NCBI GenBank assembly: GCA_973851085.1
Contig: OZ316776.1
Coordinates: 15,314,001 to 15,378,000, forward strand
Length of the DNA: 64,000 nucleotides
Source: Ptychomitrium polyphyllum
Taxonomy: Eukaryota
Direction of reading: 5' to 3'
In this document: in pieces, positions 25,232-43,500 of the stretch
Numbering within the stretch: the stretch's first letter is position 1
How the letters are laid out: each line of letters opens with the position of its first letter
Made by a program: the position numbers and the translations under genes
The notes under the pieces: model-generated
Told to the model about the DNA's origin: nothing
Databases searched by the model: none
Seen by the model: only the letters and a program-made list of their open reading frames with translations

Positions 25232-28093
25232 ATGCCATCGATTGCGATGACGTCGTTGCGGGTCCCTGATGAGGATGATGAGGAGGACGACGTTGCGGAT
25301 CTGTTTGATGAGGAGTTTTTGGAGCACATGGAGGCTCTGAAGCAAGCCTGCCAGATGATGCCTGGCGCTGAGGTAAGGCTCAAGACCTCTACCACCCTTG
25401 CAGAGGATGAGTATGCGGAGGACGGGGACGGGGACGGGGACGGGGAAGTTGATGATGATGATGATGATGATGCCCTGCTTTTGTCGATTGAGCGTAGGTT
25501 TTTGGGGAAAGGTGGTGGTTTTGTCGGCGGCAAGGATGAGGGGCGACGGGTGGTTGGGAAAAATAGGGGTGGTGCGAAGGGTGGGAAGAGCGGAGGGGTT
25601 AGTGGGGTGTCGTCTCAACCGGGGAGAAGTTCTCCTGCGGCGCATGCGGATAGCGGAGATGACGAGGACGACGATCTGCTGAGGTCGGTCAAGGAAAGTT
25701 GCGGGGCGCTCGATCTCGTGAAGGCGTCGAAGAACGTGAAGACCGGCTTTCCGAACGGGGAGGCGGATTTTATTGAGGAGGATGTTCAGCCGATATCCAG
25801 TTTGGAAGATGACGCGGGAGGAAGCGCAGGGAATGCCGTGTCCGTTGATGAGCCACAGCCCATTTGTAATTTTCTCCCTGCGCAGCTGGGTGATGAGGAG
25901 TTTGACGAAAGTTCGTTGCAGCTGGTTGTGCACGACCCCGGTTTCGCGTCGAATGAGGGGACGGCTAAGGTGCCCGAAAGTGTGCATGCAGTTACGGAAG
26001 CGTTGTTGAAAAATAGGGCTTGCCAGCAATCCCTTAGGGAAGTCCTTCACCAGGTGGAGCTGAAGTTGCACGAAAATAGGGAAATGCAAAGACGGGCGGT
26101 GTCTTTGGTGGAGTATCAGAAGGCCTGCACTCGCAAGTTCTGTGGTTTTACAGAGGTAGCTAATTCGTCTGTGGAGCTTATCGCAACGAAACCTGCATCT
26201 AAGAGGAAAGCAGGGGAGTTCAAGCTTAAGGGTCCTCCGGAAAATTCAGATGTTGAAGTATTTAGACAGTTACAGAGCCAACTTCCAGCGGAGTTCAACG
26301 TGAAGAAATGGACGAAAAAGGAAACTCAGGCCTTGGCTAAGGGAGTCCGGCAACAATTGCAGGAGATTCGTGTTCGTGCAATGATGGAGAGCTGGGACTC
26401 CGATGAGGAAGGTCAGGACTTTGATGAGGAGATGAGGAGTATAGGAGAGAGCGATGAAGAGTTGAAGAAGGGCTCGCCATCTATTGATTGGAATGAGGTT
26501 GCAAGAATCTATGTCAACGGTCGGTCACCTTGGGAGTGCAAATTGCAGTGGGAGAACAACGAGGATCCTCTGCTGAATTCTAAACCCTGGAACAAAGCTG
26601 AGGATAAGAAACTGCTTTCTATTGTCCAGGCGCATGATATGGTGGAGTGGGCTGCTATTGCTGAGGAGCTTGGCACTCAAAGAACGCCAGCGCAGTGTGC
26701 CATTCGGTTTCAGCGCAGTCTAAATGCGTCGATTTTGCGCAGTAACTGGACTTCTGAAGAGGATGAGCAGCTCCAGGCAGCAGTGGAGAAATTTGGAGAA
26801 AAAGATTGGCAGTCTGTTGCCGCGTGTATGGAAGGCCGGTTGGGTTCCCAATGCATGTCCAGGTGGACAAAGGTATTGCATCCAGACCGTCATCGACGAG
26901 GCCGTTGGCTGTCCGAGGAGGACACTCGATTGAAGTGGGCGGTTTCTGTGTATGGACCTCGAGGTTGGAAAAACATTGCTGCTCACGTGCCAGGACGCTC
27001 AGACGTTCAATGCCGGGAACGCTGGTGCAATGTGCTTGATCCTTCAGTGAAAATTGATGAGTGGATTCCGGAGGAGGACGCCAAGCTGGAAGAACTCGTA
27101 TTGAAGTATGGGCGTCACCGCTGGGCTGCAGTGGGAGCTGAGCTAGGCCGTACTGATAATCAATGCTTTCGACATTGGAAGCTATTGCACCCGGAGCACA
27201 AGATCTCTTTCAAGAAGGACATGGTTATTCTTCGAGCTGCTCTTGCAACTAATTTTGTTGGTCGAGAGAAAGAACGACCAGATCTTGGATTTCAGGATTT
27301 CCTTCCACCTTCGGGGGTTGGTGAGGAAGGAAATAGGCGAGCATTGCTACCGAGAAAAGAGAAGGTTGCTCCTAAGCCGAGGAAGAGGCCCTCTAAGAAA
27401 AGAAAAGCACCAGAGCCTTGTTCCGAAATGAAAGAGAATTTCTCACTTGAGAAGGAAGTTCCGACACCAGAGCTTCCTTCAACTGTGACTGACAACAGCA
27501 GTGATCCTGCCGAGGTTGGCTCCAGGGTGAGTGAAGCTGTCCAGCTGGTGGAGAGGCCTTACAAGAGGAATAAAACGTCAGAGCTTCCGAAGGAGAAGGA
27601 AGTCCCGACACCAGAGCCTCCTTTTATAGTACTTGAAAATAGTGGTGATATTGCCGAGGGCGTTTTCTTGCCGAGGATGGGAGGAGCTGTTCGGCCGGGT
27701 GAAAAGGTTTCCAAGAGGAAGATTACGTCAGGGCTTTCCACTTCAAAAGCGAAGCTTCCTCTGAAGCCGAGGAAGAGGCCCGCTAAGAAGACGAAGGCAC
27801 CAGAGCCCTCTTCGGAAGTGAATGAAAATCATCCAATCGAGAATGAACTTTCAACACCACAGCTTCCCTTAATGGTGATTGAAAACAATAATGATCTTGC
27901 AGATGTAGGCCCGAGGAAGAGACGATCACACCAGCCAGGTGCAAGGGCTTCTAAGAAGAGTAAGACTCCAGAGCTTCCTCCAGTAGTGATTGAAAAGCGT
28001 GGTGATACTGCCGAGGTGAACAGACATGAGAAAGATGCACGGCTGATTGTTTATACAAGGCGGAAGAATCGTTCTTCCGTTCTGGCAATTTAG
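25232..28093 (+). CDS. SNAPC4: 4R-MYB / snRNA-activating protein complex subunit 4 (SNAP190)-like transcription factor, 953 aa, no intron in the CDS
   Basis: Acidic N-terminus and coiled coil (ALLKNRACQQSLREVL...). About 4.5 tandem MYB repeats: WNEVA..GRSPWECKLQW, WNKAEDKKL..RTPAQC, WTSEEDEQL..GRLGSQCMSRW, WLSEEDTRL..PGRSDVQCRERW, WIPEEDAKL..RTDNQCFRHW. These are followed by NFVGREKERPDL, as in plant MYB4R1-type proteins. Confidence 0.88.
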   Translation: MPSIAMTSLRVPDEDDEEDDVADLFDEEFLEHMEALKQACQMMPGAEVRLKTSTTLAEDEYAEDGDGDGDGEVDDDDDDDALLLSIERRFLGKGGGFVGGKDEGRRVVGKNRGGAKGGKSGGVSGVSSQPGRSSPAAHADSGDDEDDDLLRSVKESCGALDLVKASKNVKTGFPNGEADFIEEDVQPISSLEDDAGGSAGNAVSVDEPQPICNFLPAQLGDEEFDESSLQLVVHDPGFASNEGTAKVPESVHAVTEALLKNRACQQSLREVLHQVELKLHENREMQRRAVSLVEYQKACTRKFCGFTEVANSSVELIATKPASKRKAGEFKLKGPPENSDVEVFRQLQSQLPAEFNVKKWTKKETQALAKGVRQQLQEIRVRAMMESWDSDEEGQDFDEEMRSIGESDEELKKGSPSIDWNEVARIYVNGRSPWECKLQWENNEDPLLNSKPWNKAEDKKLLSIVQAHDMVEWAAIAEELGTQRTPAQCAIRFQRSLNASILRSNWTSEEDEQLQAAVEKFGEKDWQSVAACMEGRLGSQCMSRWTKVLHPDRHRRGRWLSEEDTRLKWAVSVYGPRGWKNIAAHVPGRSDVQCRERWCNVLDPSVKIDEWIPEEDAKLEELVLKYGRHRWAAVGAELGRTDNQCFRHWKLLHPEHKISFKKDMVILRAALATNFVGREKERPDLGFQDFLPPSGVGEEGNRRALLPRKEKVAPKPRKRPSKKRKAPEPCSEMKENFSLEKEVPTPELPSTVTDNSSDPAEVGSRVSEAVQLVERPYKRNKTSELPKEKEVPTPEPPFIVLENSGDIAEGVFLPRMGGAVRPGEKVSKRKITSGLSTSKAKLPLKPRKRPAKKTKAPEPSSEVNENHPIENELSTPQLPLMVIENNNDLADVGPRKRRSHQPGARASKKSKTPELPPVVIEKRGDTAEVNRHEKDARLIVYTRRKNRSSVLAI

Positions 28094-30324
28094 CAGCTTC
28101 TTGTTTTGCTGATTTCGGCTTGATTTTTGGAGGAGTGTGGAATACATGTCCACACTTTTGTTTGTGCTGGCAACCTACTTCTTTTGACGGGTGAAAAAGA
28201 AAGTGCCTGGTCTTTGAGGAATTTCTTATCTGGGTTCCACGTCTCGTCAGGAGCTGGAATTGTGATTCGGACTAATTTTATTCGCCTCGAGGTTTGTTAG
28301 CCTTCATTTTAACCGATTTTGTATCCCAGCCGCTCTTCTCATAATCATAGTTGAAATTAGACTTGTTATAAACAGGATAGAGATGGTGAATTATGTCGTT
28401 GTGTCTTTGATGCTCAGCATGTTGGATTACAAATGAAGAAGCTGTTCCTGTAAATTTTATTCTGGCTAAATTGAGTTCGCCTGATTTCATTTGATAAACT
28501 TCCAATGATTTCTTTTTACGAAAAGTTCGTGATTGAAATTTCAGAATATCACCTAGTGGTGTCTTGACTAAATTAGATGTGAACTATTCTGCAGGTGAAT
28601 TATTGCTACTTATTGTGATACCAGGATAGTGACCATGTCAAGCGTGGTGTTCGAATCAGCCTGAATTCACCGCAATGATCAACCAGTCATAACAACTCAG
28701 AGGATAAGATCTGGGGATGAGGTTATAATCTAATTCAGCATTTTTGAAATCTGCTGGTTTCCTCATTGTTAGAGACCGCTTTGATATAACGTGATGGTTT
28801 GAATCACCTCTCCCTTTGAGTTACTCTTTTTGAAATGGAGATTTCTAAGTGAAGTGAAAACAATCACAGGTTCACATGATGTTGGTTCATGGATTTTAAA
28901 GTACTGTTATTAGTAGATGCTCGCTTTCCTATAGTTCCCAATATGATGGCTAGGGAGGCTTGTCGGATTCTTGAGTCAGGTAGCTCATGCAGCAAAGAGT
29001 CCTGCTTTTGACTGTTGTAACCAGATTTTCATCAAATTGTGAACAATCAGCTACAGAAAACATTCTCTCCTTCAGTTCCTTCAGTTCCTTCACCAATGTG
29101 ACATGTTTGTACGATGTAAAATCATTTTAAGGTACACGGGTTGTAATAGCAAACAAAGTTCTTTTGTTCTTGCGTAAGGTAAGCATGCTCATATCACATA
29201 TATTTGATATATTCAGCTAATATAGTAAAATTAGGTTTTAATTGAAAAACAGCTTAAGTGGTGATTTAAAGTACTGATTCAGAGTACTGTCGAGAACGGA
29301 TATTCACAGCACATATCGTAATTTTAGAGTAAGCTACATCACACTTTTGCGTCCCAATACTTTTCACTTTAATTTATTTTAACAATCACAGTTCTTGGAA
29401 TAAAATTATCAAAAATTTATGTTCACCATGAAATTTTCTTTCCCATCATTGTATGTACATATTTCCAAAGACAGCACAGCTGGGAATAGCACTACTGTAA
29501 TCTCTTTGGTTGGTGGTTTAAGGACAACGTACCTTAATAGCCCTGCTTACCTGCAAGTGGAATGGGTTCAGTGAGGCCTGAAATTTTAGGTGTGATACGT
29601 TACAGCCTACAGGAGTGGAAAGAAACAAGTTGACGATCATTCTCATGCCGCCCCCAACGCACTCAATGATGGACATCACAACTGTTATAAGTTCAAAAAC
29701 TTTGTCAGTTCAAACTGGAAACGCTTCTCCGGGTCACTGAATATTTTGTCCTGTACCGAGTAGTAGTCATTTCTAGATCATGGCGATCGGAACGGAAGCG
29801 AAACCGAAGGGAAACACGAAGTTTGCTCAGGTCCTATGGCGGCCTCGAACTGCAGTCGTCCACAGGCACGAGGTACGCCAAGTGGCAACAAGTACACGAC
29901 ATGAGATTCTTCACCTCTGGAAACAAGTAGAACGACACTGGAACAATCTAAAGATTCATACCCGGATAACCTGAATCACACTGTATTCCCTGCAGCCGCA
30001 GATAGATACCCTGCGTTAGCATAACTTAACTCGCTTGTCTTGACATGATATATATGTGATACATGGGTAGGGGTGAAAAAATTTACCATAGGCAGCGGAG
30101 AATCTTAGGCCGACGGAAATAGGACTCTCTGGTTCGGTCGGCGTGAACCATGCCAAACGGGCTGCGGGTTGACGCTTGCGGAGGCTCGGAGAACATGTCG
30201 ACGGAGTGTGATCTGCGGTGACAGCATGCTGTGCTGGTGGGGGATTTCAGGGACCGGGGAGGGGTATGGTGGTGCTAGGCTGTGGATCTAGAGGGAGGAG
30301 TTATCTAGTAGATGCAGAGGAATC

Positions 30325-35245
<4,921 letters not shown>

Positions 35246-36682
35246 ATTTGATTCATAATTTTGCACATGATGTGTGAGTTTATTGCACTTTATTTCACAA
35301 GTTCGCATGTCTTTTAGGTGAGTCGATTCAGACTACTGAATAGGATCTCACAACACGACATGTAAAGAAGCAGAATAGGAAATGATTTTTTTCCCTTTGA
35401 GAAATAGTGAGAAGCGGGAAGGATACGATAGAAAGTTCAGAAGAACTGTGATGAGGTAAAGCACATTGAACTACTTTAGGAGACTGCGTAAGTAACCAAT
35501 TGTAATTTACAGCATTCTAGAGTTGCTATTGTGTGACCTTCCAACAACCCAAGTTACTTTTGTTGTCTGCAGATTATTTTCTAAGAATATTCTCTACATA
35601 CTGGGGAAGTTCGTGAGCCCTTTCCTTTTGCACTTAGTTTTTCCGAGGGAGATTCAGAATGTAGTTCATCTCCACAATGTGAAATGCTTTTGTGTCTTGG
35701 TGTATAACAATGTTATGGACTGAAGACATGAGTGCTCATTGGCCACGTTGTATGCTGATGGATTATAATGAACTCTAAAGTCATTCGTGTTGAAATTAAT
35801 AATCAATAATCAGTAATCAATCATTTTGTTCACTGTAACTGTACATGACACTATTGAAACTGGCCGGATACGTGAATGTTCAATTTGCTTGGAATGCATC
35901 TCAAATGAATGCCTACTTCGCCCTTTTTGGCGGATTAGTTGGCATAAACTAGAATTTCCTATTTATATTACATTCCAAAAGATTGTTGTTTTGCTGAACG
36001 AACGAAGATGACCATAGGCAACTCACCACTCATTTGATAAACGCAATGAGCAAAACTTAGGGACGAAGTTCTGCATCTGAACTGTTGAACCGAACAAAGG
36101 ACAGTCTGAAACCAGGTCTGCAGTTCTCCGAGAAAATGAGACATGCTACAACCACTTCACATTCTTCCAGTAACCGAAGTCTTGATAGTTTCATTTTACA
36201 GGTTGGGAAAGGAGACACATCCACAAAAATGAAGAAGAATTGCAACATGAAGAGTGAATACTTTGTGCAGGGTCACCTCGAAGTCAATCCCTGTGATAAA
36301 TCTGGAAGCAGACATCGGAACTCATGTTTTCTTAGAGTGGAGGCAAAGTCATATTGGAAAACTATTATATTCAAATCTTGAGTCTCACAAGTTTCATACG
36401 ATCTGGGTTCACACTCATCCTGAGAAATTTGCACAAGAACATGTTTCTTGGTTTTTCGTTCAGAAATGTAAATTTTAATCAGATAAATCTATTACCATAA
36501 CGCAAGTGGTGGTTTCGTAGTTTGCTGGTCAGCATATTTGTAGAATGCCAGGCAGCGAATCGTACTAACATAACTCAAAGAATAACGGAGGGTAGGGAGA
36601 GAAAACCGTTGAACAACGAAGAGGCAATGAATCTTGGACTGTTGAATGGCTTGGAGAACCATGACGGCAGCAGAGTACACCG

Positions 36683-39385
36683 CTAGTCCCCATTAGTTAA
36701 TTCAATCGCAATAAGATTACGAACAACGGCGACTTGCTTTTTATCCCTCTCCAAATATCTCTGGAAGAGAATCTCTGTAGTGCTAAGCATACGATTCAAC
36801 GACCAATCAACACCACTAGATTTAAGAGCTACAAACCTAGGTTTGATACGATTCTCAAAGCTGTATCCAAAATACTGAGGAAAAACGACTATCTCTTCTT
36901 TTGAACGGTCCATTTGCAGAAAGTATTCCCATTTGGTTCGTAAATTGCCTTCTATATTCAGCCCTAAAATCTGAGGGAATCGAAGTATAATCTTGCTGAG
37001 TTCTTCCTTAGTGTATCCGTTGTTCGTGAAAAATTGAAGCGTTGGCTTGATGTTAAGTTCAAGGCTCAGTCCCATAATTTGAGGGGACCGTAAGACTAGC
37101 GTTTTCAAATCCACGATCCCAATGCTGTTGAAATGATTCGTAATCGGTTTGAGCTTCTCCTCGACGCTGTACCCAACAATATGAGGAAACCTAGTAAGTA
37201 TCCTGCCTGATTCCTTGGGAGTCATCCCCATTTCAGCTAAATATTTCACCACCTGAGCCACCTTGGAAGCACTGTAGGTCAAGATGTGTGGGAAGGCCGC
37301 AAGTATCTTCGCCCACCTCTCTGGTTCCACGCCAAGGTCCTCCAGAAGTGTCACCATTGGCTTAATATTTTCCTCTAAACTACACCCGAAGAGCTGCGGC
37401 CTCTTCATAGCAACCCTCGGTATGTCTTTGGTTGTCACGCCCATGCTGAGCAGGAAATTGACCACAGGCTTAATCTTGCCTTCTACGCTGTAGCTTGTAA
37501 TCATTGGAAACCGTGACACCATACCTTCGAGTTCATTGGGCGGAATCCCTACCGTTAGAAAGTACTTCAGTGAGGGTCGGAGTTCTCCGTCTACAACATG
37601 TGCTTCAAGATGGGGATAGTCGCTAAGTTTTACCTCCCCATAGGCTGCTGAGATGAATGTGTTCGCTGAGCCTGATTTCAATCCCATAATTTCCTTCTTC
37701 ACTGGTGGGGGGTCGGGGAAGCTTAGGAGTACATCTACGAGGCCCTCCTTGTGTTGGGCTCCCAGATTCTCTAAGAACGGTAGTAACGTCTTTCTGACTT
37801 CTGATGTCGTTGGCTCCGTCCCTAGTGTATTTGATACACGTTGTAAGGTTAGTTGGTCAAGAAACGAACAAACTAGTGCCCGCATTAAGCATTTATTGTG
37901 AAACATCAACCTCTATCTAGCAATGTCAGCAACCTCCAAGAGTCAAACTTTGTAAGGTTTAAAGAAGTAAGCTACCTGTAAGATAACGATTACGGTACAC
38001 TATGCGCAAGAGGGAAAGGAGATGGATGACGAGTCGGGTGGACTTGTTCACTGCACGTGCAGCAAGAGGGCCGCTTACACCCCTAGCTCGTAGGAAGTCT
38101 ACAAGCATGGATTTCACCTCCTCTCGTTCCCCCACCATTTGTTTCAGGTCGCCACTCAACTCCCAGGTTTTTTGGCCACCGACTGATTTCATAATACAGG
38201 TAACATAAAATAAGGGTGAAGGATCGATTCCTTTACATTATTTACAATGTACTCAATACCAATACTTGATTTGAAGTACTACAAACATAAAAATAATCAG
38301 CTCGTTTACAAAGAATTTTCTTGAATTGAAGAATGAATGCATAACACCAAGCTGGAGAATTCTAACAAAATAAGATGGAACAATTTTACTAAGTTTGCAA
38401 CTGATCTAGGACTCACACCTTAAAAAAATCTACTGGCGATGATTGAATGTACAGAACGGGCACCAACTGATGGTATGATCATTAATGATATAAATACGGT
38501 ACCTATTCTGGACGCTCCAACTTCAACAGGTTGAATGTTTCCAGAAGTTCTCGACACCGCATATCGAACAAGCGAAAACCCGGTGACTTTGAGGTTTAGT
38601 CCTGACCCTACTGTTGCTCCACTACGTAAAGCTTTCCCTGCCAGTCGCAAAAATTCAAAAATTGGAAAAAAAGTCGTATCAGAAATTCAAAAAAGATAGA
38701 GAACCAGATTGTGCGCGTCTTCATCTTCGAGATGTACATGATCCCGTTGAGCGGATACACAAACTCGACCTAGGCTTTGTCCAAAAACCATATTTGCTTG
38801 AGCTAAGCACTTAATATTCTGTGACTCAGTAGAAAGTTAACTCAATCAACAGCATATCCTCTTCACATCTCATAAGCCCTGATCCCAAAATCAACAAGCT
38901 GAATCTGAGATCAAGAATTTGTGACTCAAAGGCACCAAATTGAACTAGATAGTGAGCAAAGAACATGTCTTACTTGATGCAGAGCAGAATTGCTCTGCTC
39001 GCATCCAGGAAATTTTCCACCAAAGACGGGTCCCATTCTTGATGGGTAAGACATAAGAATAACACCATACAATGATAAACCCTTGCTTAAACCTTAACCA
39101 AAATTTTTGATTTCGGAAAAGATGTCTCAGGACATGGACGCTCCACAAAAGTCTTAGGCCTTCATACATTCAACAGCTTCTCTGGAACGATACACTTGTA
39201 CTGGAAGACCGCAACGACCATGATCAATGTACACACATCTTTCACATCTTTCTGATGGAGACACTATCGCCGCCAAAGAGGGCTTGCACCCTAAATTCAC
39301 CTGAAAATTCACTATTGTGGGCGCCTCGTTGGACGTCGTTTGCTTTGAGTGCTTGAAGAGCTGAATTGATGCCTACCAGCGCCAT
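36683..39385 (-). CDS. mTERF family organellar transcription termination factor, 4 coding exons
   Basis: Exons (minus strand) 39385-39301 (an in-frame ATG also exists at 39430), 38637-38503, 38182-37976, 37821-36683, joined by phase-1 GT-AG introns. Transit-peptide-like N-terminus. Repeated mTERF motifs: FPMITSYSVEGKIKP, RPQLFGCSLEENIKP, FPHIVGYSVEEKLKP, FPQYFGYSFENRIKPR. Confidence 0.9.
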
Positions 39386-40516
39386 CTCAAAATCTCCCTT
39401 AATGTAGCACCTTCTCGACGTATCACACATTTGCAGGCTTCATCACACCTGTATGGAAAACGGAACCTACGATTAAGAGAGAGCCAAACATTCTTCTTAC
39501 TTTCCGAATGCACTTCACCGAACGACAGTAAACGAACCAAGACATCACAATCTAACGTACCTACTAGAATATTCTTCACGTTGCCACCAGAAGTAAAACA
39601 CCTCTTCAGCGTCACATCATCCACCCTTCGTCCTCAGTAACTAAGCACTGCCTAGAATGCATACTCACAAAGGCTCATACTCTTCATTCTGCAGCTACCC
39701 CAACATCTCAAAAAGAAAGTCAAACCCTGTTGCTGAGCTCCGCAAGCCCTCCCCCTCCGAAAGAACCTGAAAATCCCTGCAACTCATGGTCTCCTCTCGA
39801 ACCAATCCTCCGCTCTACCAGCCTCTTCTCATCCACTAAAACCTCTGAGGATAACGTCACCTCTAAAACCTGGCAACGCTCAAAATCAAGGCAACCGTCG
39901 AGACCCAAATGAACGCTAAATGCACCACAACAGTCTACCTAATTCGCAAGATGTTCTAAGCACTCCGACATATACGACCTGATTGCCCCCTCATTACACA
40001 ACATCACATCCTCGAAGCAGATACCATAATGCTCTCAAAACTCTCGTGCTTCTGCAACTCGGCATGAAAATCTAAGTAAAAAATTGTGTTCCCAGGGAGT
40101 TGTCAGTAGCGTGATGTTGAGCTCCGTCCTGATGATGAGAGCAAGTGAAAGAAGGAAAACTAGATACGTAGCGCCGGAGGGAGAAGAACAGTCTCTGAAG
40201 GGTGGAGACGAACCGGATGATGCTGGACGGATGGGCACATCTGCTTCGTTCATGAACATGGCCGTAGTATCACGCTTGGAGGGTATCATGGTAGCTTGGG
40301 TATCAATGTGGTGCGGAGCACAAACTTCCGAAAGAGGGTCCTTCGTTTCGAACTTGGCGAAGTCGTTGAGGAAGTTAGGCCAGGGAGTGAGAGCGGGAGC
40401 GAAGAGGCAGGGGAGATCATTAGGGTTGAGGGGACGTGTTCCTTGAAGTGAGATCATCTGAGGAGCCCACCTGAATAGGGTTTTTTATTGGAGCGGAATC
40501 GTGAAGTGGGAGCGCA

Positions 40517-43500
40517 ATGGTGCCCAAGATGAAGATGGTCATCTCCCAGGAGGGTTTTGATGCTGCCGTCAAGGAGAACATGGAAGATTTCGATATGGAC
40601 TTGGCTGAGGCTGTGCAAGATGCCGTCAAGACGTTTCAAATTCAGGGCGCCGATCTCGCAGGTATGTGTATGTATGCACGATCCTTCATGTTGGGACAAT
40701 GGGGTTCTTCTGGGTTGTTAGGCGCTGCTCAGCTGGTGCAGAGGCATGACACTCATCGAATGCCTCGCAGAGCCAGTGTGACGTTGTCGTCTCAGAGGAC
40801 TGAATCGAGAGTGGGGAGTAGGTTACAGTAACGAGAGCTAAATTTTCAAAGAGGGAGCAGACCGCTGACGAACAGGGAGCCTGCTGATTTTCTTTGCTGC
40901 TGGCGCTTTGTTCTACAACACTAGTTGATCGCACCCCTCCTGGATTGGCTGATTTTACGGCGTTGCAGAATGCATCGCCATTATCGTTCTGGCTGCTCAA
41001 ATAGTGATCTAGTGCCGTGGCTACCTTAAGACACATTTGTTGGTGTGCTCGATTGCATTATGCGATTGAGCGTTCGTTGATATTGCTACTTGGCTCTTTG
41101 AGCGTTCTACTTCGACGTGCCTTTCTGCATTGTCATCACGTTTATTGTGAGAGGGTACGTTCGGAGGTGGCTTGGCTTCGAGAGTCAATACTCGATTGAT
41201 CCGTGTATGTATATTTTGTGAAATATCCTTCCCTCTTGTGCTTATGATGTCTTCAGTCTCCCATTGTTGTATGAAAGATTGTTGTGTGCAGAGTTGATAG
41301 TAGATAGTATGCTTTGAAATAGTCCCCAACGTCATCATACATACTTGTCTTTTAAAGGTGTGCGAGCCATCCTTTACATCATCAAGGGAGCAGTACTTTA
41401 TGGATGACGATGGGCACGATGATGCACGATGATGCCTAAAGCTGATGTAAAAGACGTTTAATTTCCACAGACTGGGGAAGATAAGATGGAGGTTGTTGAG
41501 TCTCCACTAGCTAAGGATGATGATAACGAAACTCTCTCTAGAGATGATAAAGGAACTGTGCCTCTTCCTCTTCTCTTAGAGACTGAGATGGAGCAGCCTT
41601 CAGTGGCTAGAAACGATGAACTAGACGATGTTGAGCCGTCTTTGGAATTTAAAGAGAATTTAGGGAAGGTTGAGAACATACTTGCTAATGATCTTAACTC
41701 GGAGCATGCTCTGCCTGAATTTGGAAACCAAGAACAAGTTCAGCATCCAACGGTTAGAAGTTATACTACTGATGTTCAGTTTCAGCTGGCTAAAGCTGAT
41801 AACAGGGAACCTGTTAAGCCTCCTCTGGCTAGAAATGAAGTTGCTGCCACCGCAGGCAAGCTTTGTAAATTTGACCCATGTATTTGGTTTCTTAGCTCTT
41901 CGAGCACTTGTTACTTGTTACTTTAAAATTTATGATTGCAGTGTTTACTTGGTGTAATAGTACCACTGTACATCTTTTATGTGTTACAAAGTCTATTGAT
42001 ATTTTAAGTAATCCCGTCTTTACTACTGCTGGGTTGCCAGCAGTAGTCCAGAACATAGCTATCATACCCTGTTGAACTTGGAATCAATTGGTGCACCAAT
42101 TTTCTTATATACAGTCTGTGTGCAATCTCTCTGTCTCTGTATATGCCAATGAACATCGTCAACTCCTTTCATAGGTGGTCGCGTGGTGTCCTTGTTTTTT
42201 ATTTGCATAGTGCAATGATTTCTAGGATATCTCATAATATGTCCTTGTCTGCCATCCGTAATTCATGTCAGCATCAGATGGCTTTGAATCGGACAGTCCT
42301 CGTTTGTATGTGAGTATTCAGTTTGTATCTTGAATGGTCCTTAAGTGACAGTGGTCACTTGAGGTTGCCGTTATCACTGACTTCATCTAATAACTGAAAT
42401 TTTCCTGTGTTGGTACCAGGTATTGTTACTGATGGAAGCAATATAGGAAACGCTGACTATGTCCATCCTGTAATAGAAGCTTTGAAGGAACTTGACAAGA
42501 GCCTGCTCCTTCTACGACTGGAAGATGAGAGATACATCAACTGGGAAGATAAACAATCAGGTAACTGTCAGAGTAACGTGACCTGTTTGACTAACTCTAG
42601 GCCTCAGAAGCAGTGAAAATTTACAGCATCTTGAAGATTCTTGTTTGCATGTTTTATTTGAAACATACAACTAAAACTGGCTTTAGGGTAGTCTTCGTGT
42701 TGCTTAATGCAGATCTGCTTACCGCTCATGCATGATAATCTGACTTTGAATCCAATAGAGTAGGCAAGAGAATACAGTCGTGAACAACTGGGGTACACAA
42801 TAATGTACGTGAAGGAACAAACAGATTCAGCTTCTTTTTGGATCATTGAAACATGATTTTCTACAGCTTAGCTAGTTTTCTGGTTGGAATTATTTCAAAT
42901 GGGTGCTATTTACTTAGCGCGTAGTATTGGAATTTGTCTTGGAGATTCATGCCTGTGAAGCTTTCTGAAATGGTGGTTTTTATTTATCTATGTATAGAAA
43001 ATATGCATTTTAACGTGGTATTACTTGTGTGGTGCCTTGGATTTCATTTTGACCTGACACATATGTGGTTATGCAGAACCTCATAGAGTTGAAACGCTCT
43101 TTGAGACAGCTGTTGAGGCTTTGGAAAAGATCGCAAAGTTGTGCATAAAAACCGAACCAGAAAATGCTCAGATTGCTGTGAAATATGGAGGTGTGGAAGC
43201 AAGCATACAGGCCTACTACGCCCTGCAAACTTATCGAATGGCTTGCGGGAGCCTTGCCTTCAGAGTTCTCCTCAGCCTTATTGCAGGTGATTCCAAGGTT
43301 CCCATGTCAGATTTTCATTATCATTATCGAGGGGCTACGTTGTGCTTTTCTCGTTTGTTAATGATAAGGATTCGTGCTTAAATTTCGTCTCCCTTTAATG
43401 GATTTATTGTTGTGTCCATTATCCTGAAGTATCATTGAACTACCTTTTCACACATATGCACATGGACTAAGCAATCGCTTAAGAAACTTCGTCTTGGAGG

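Noticed and set aside
24896..26089. 397-aa minus-strand ORF
   Set aside because: Shadow frame antisense to the GC-rich SNAPC4-like CDS.
40128..40202. TGATGA...CTGA box C/D-like pair in the mTERF/ARMC6 divergent region
   Set aside because: No recognisable rRNA or snRNA guide and only a weak terminal stem.
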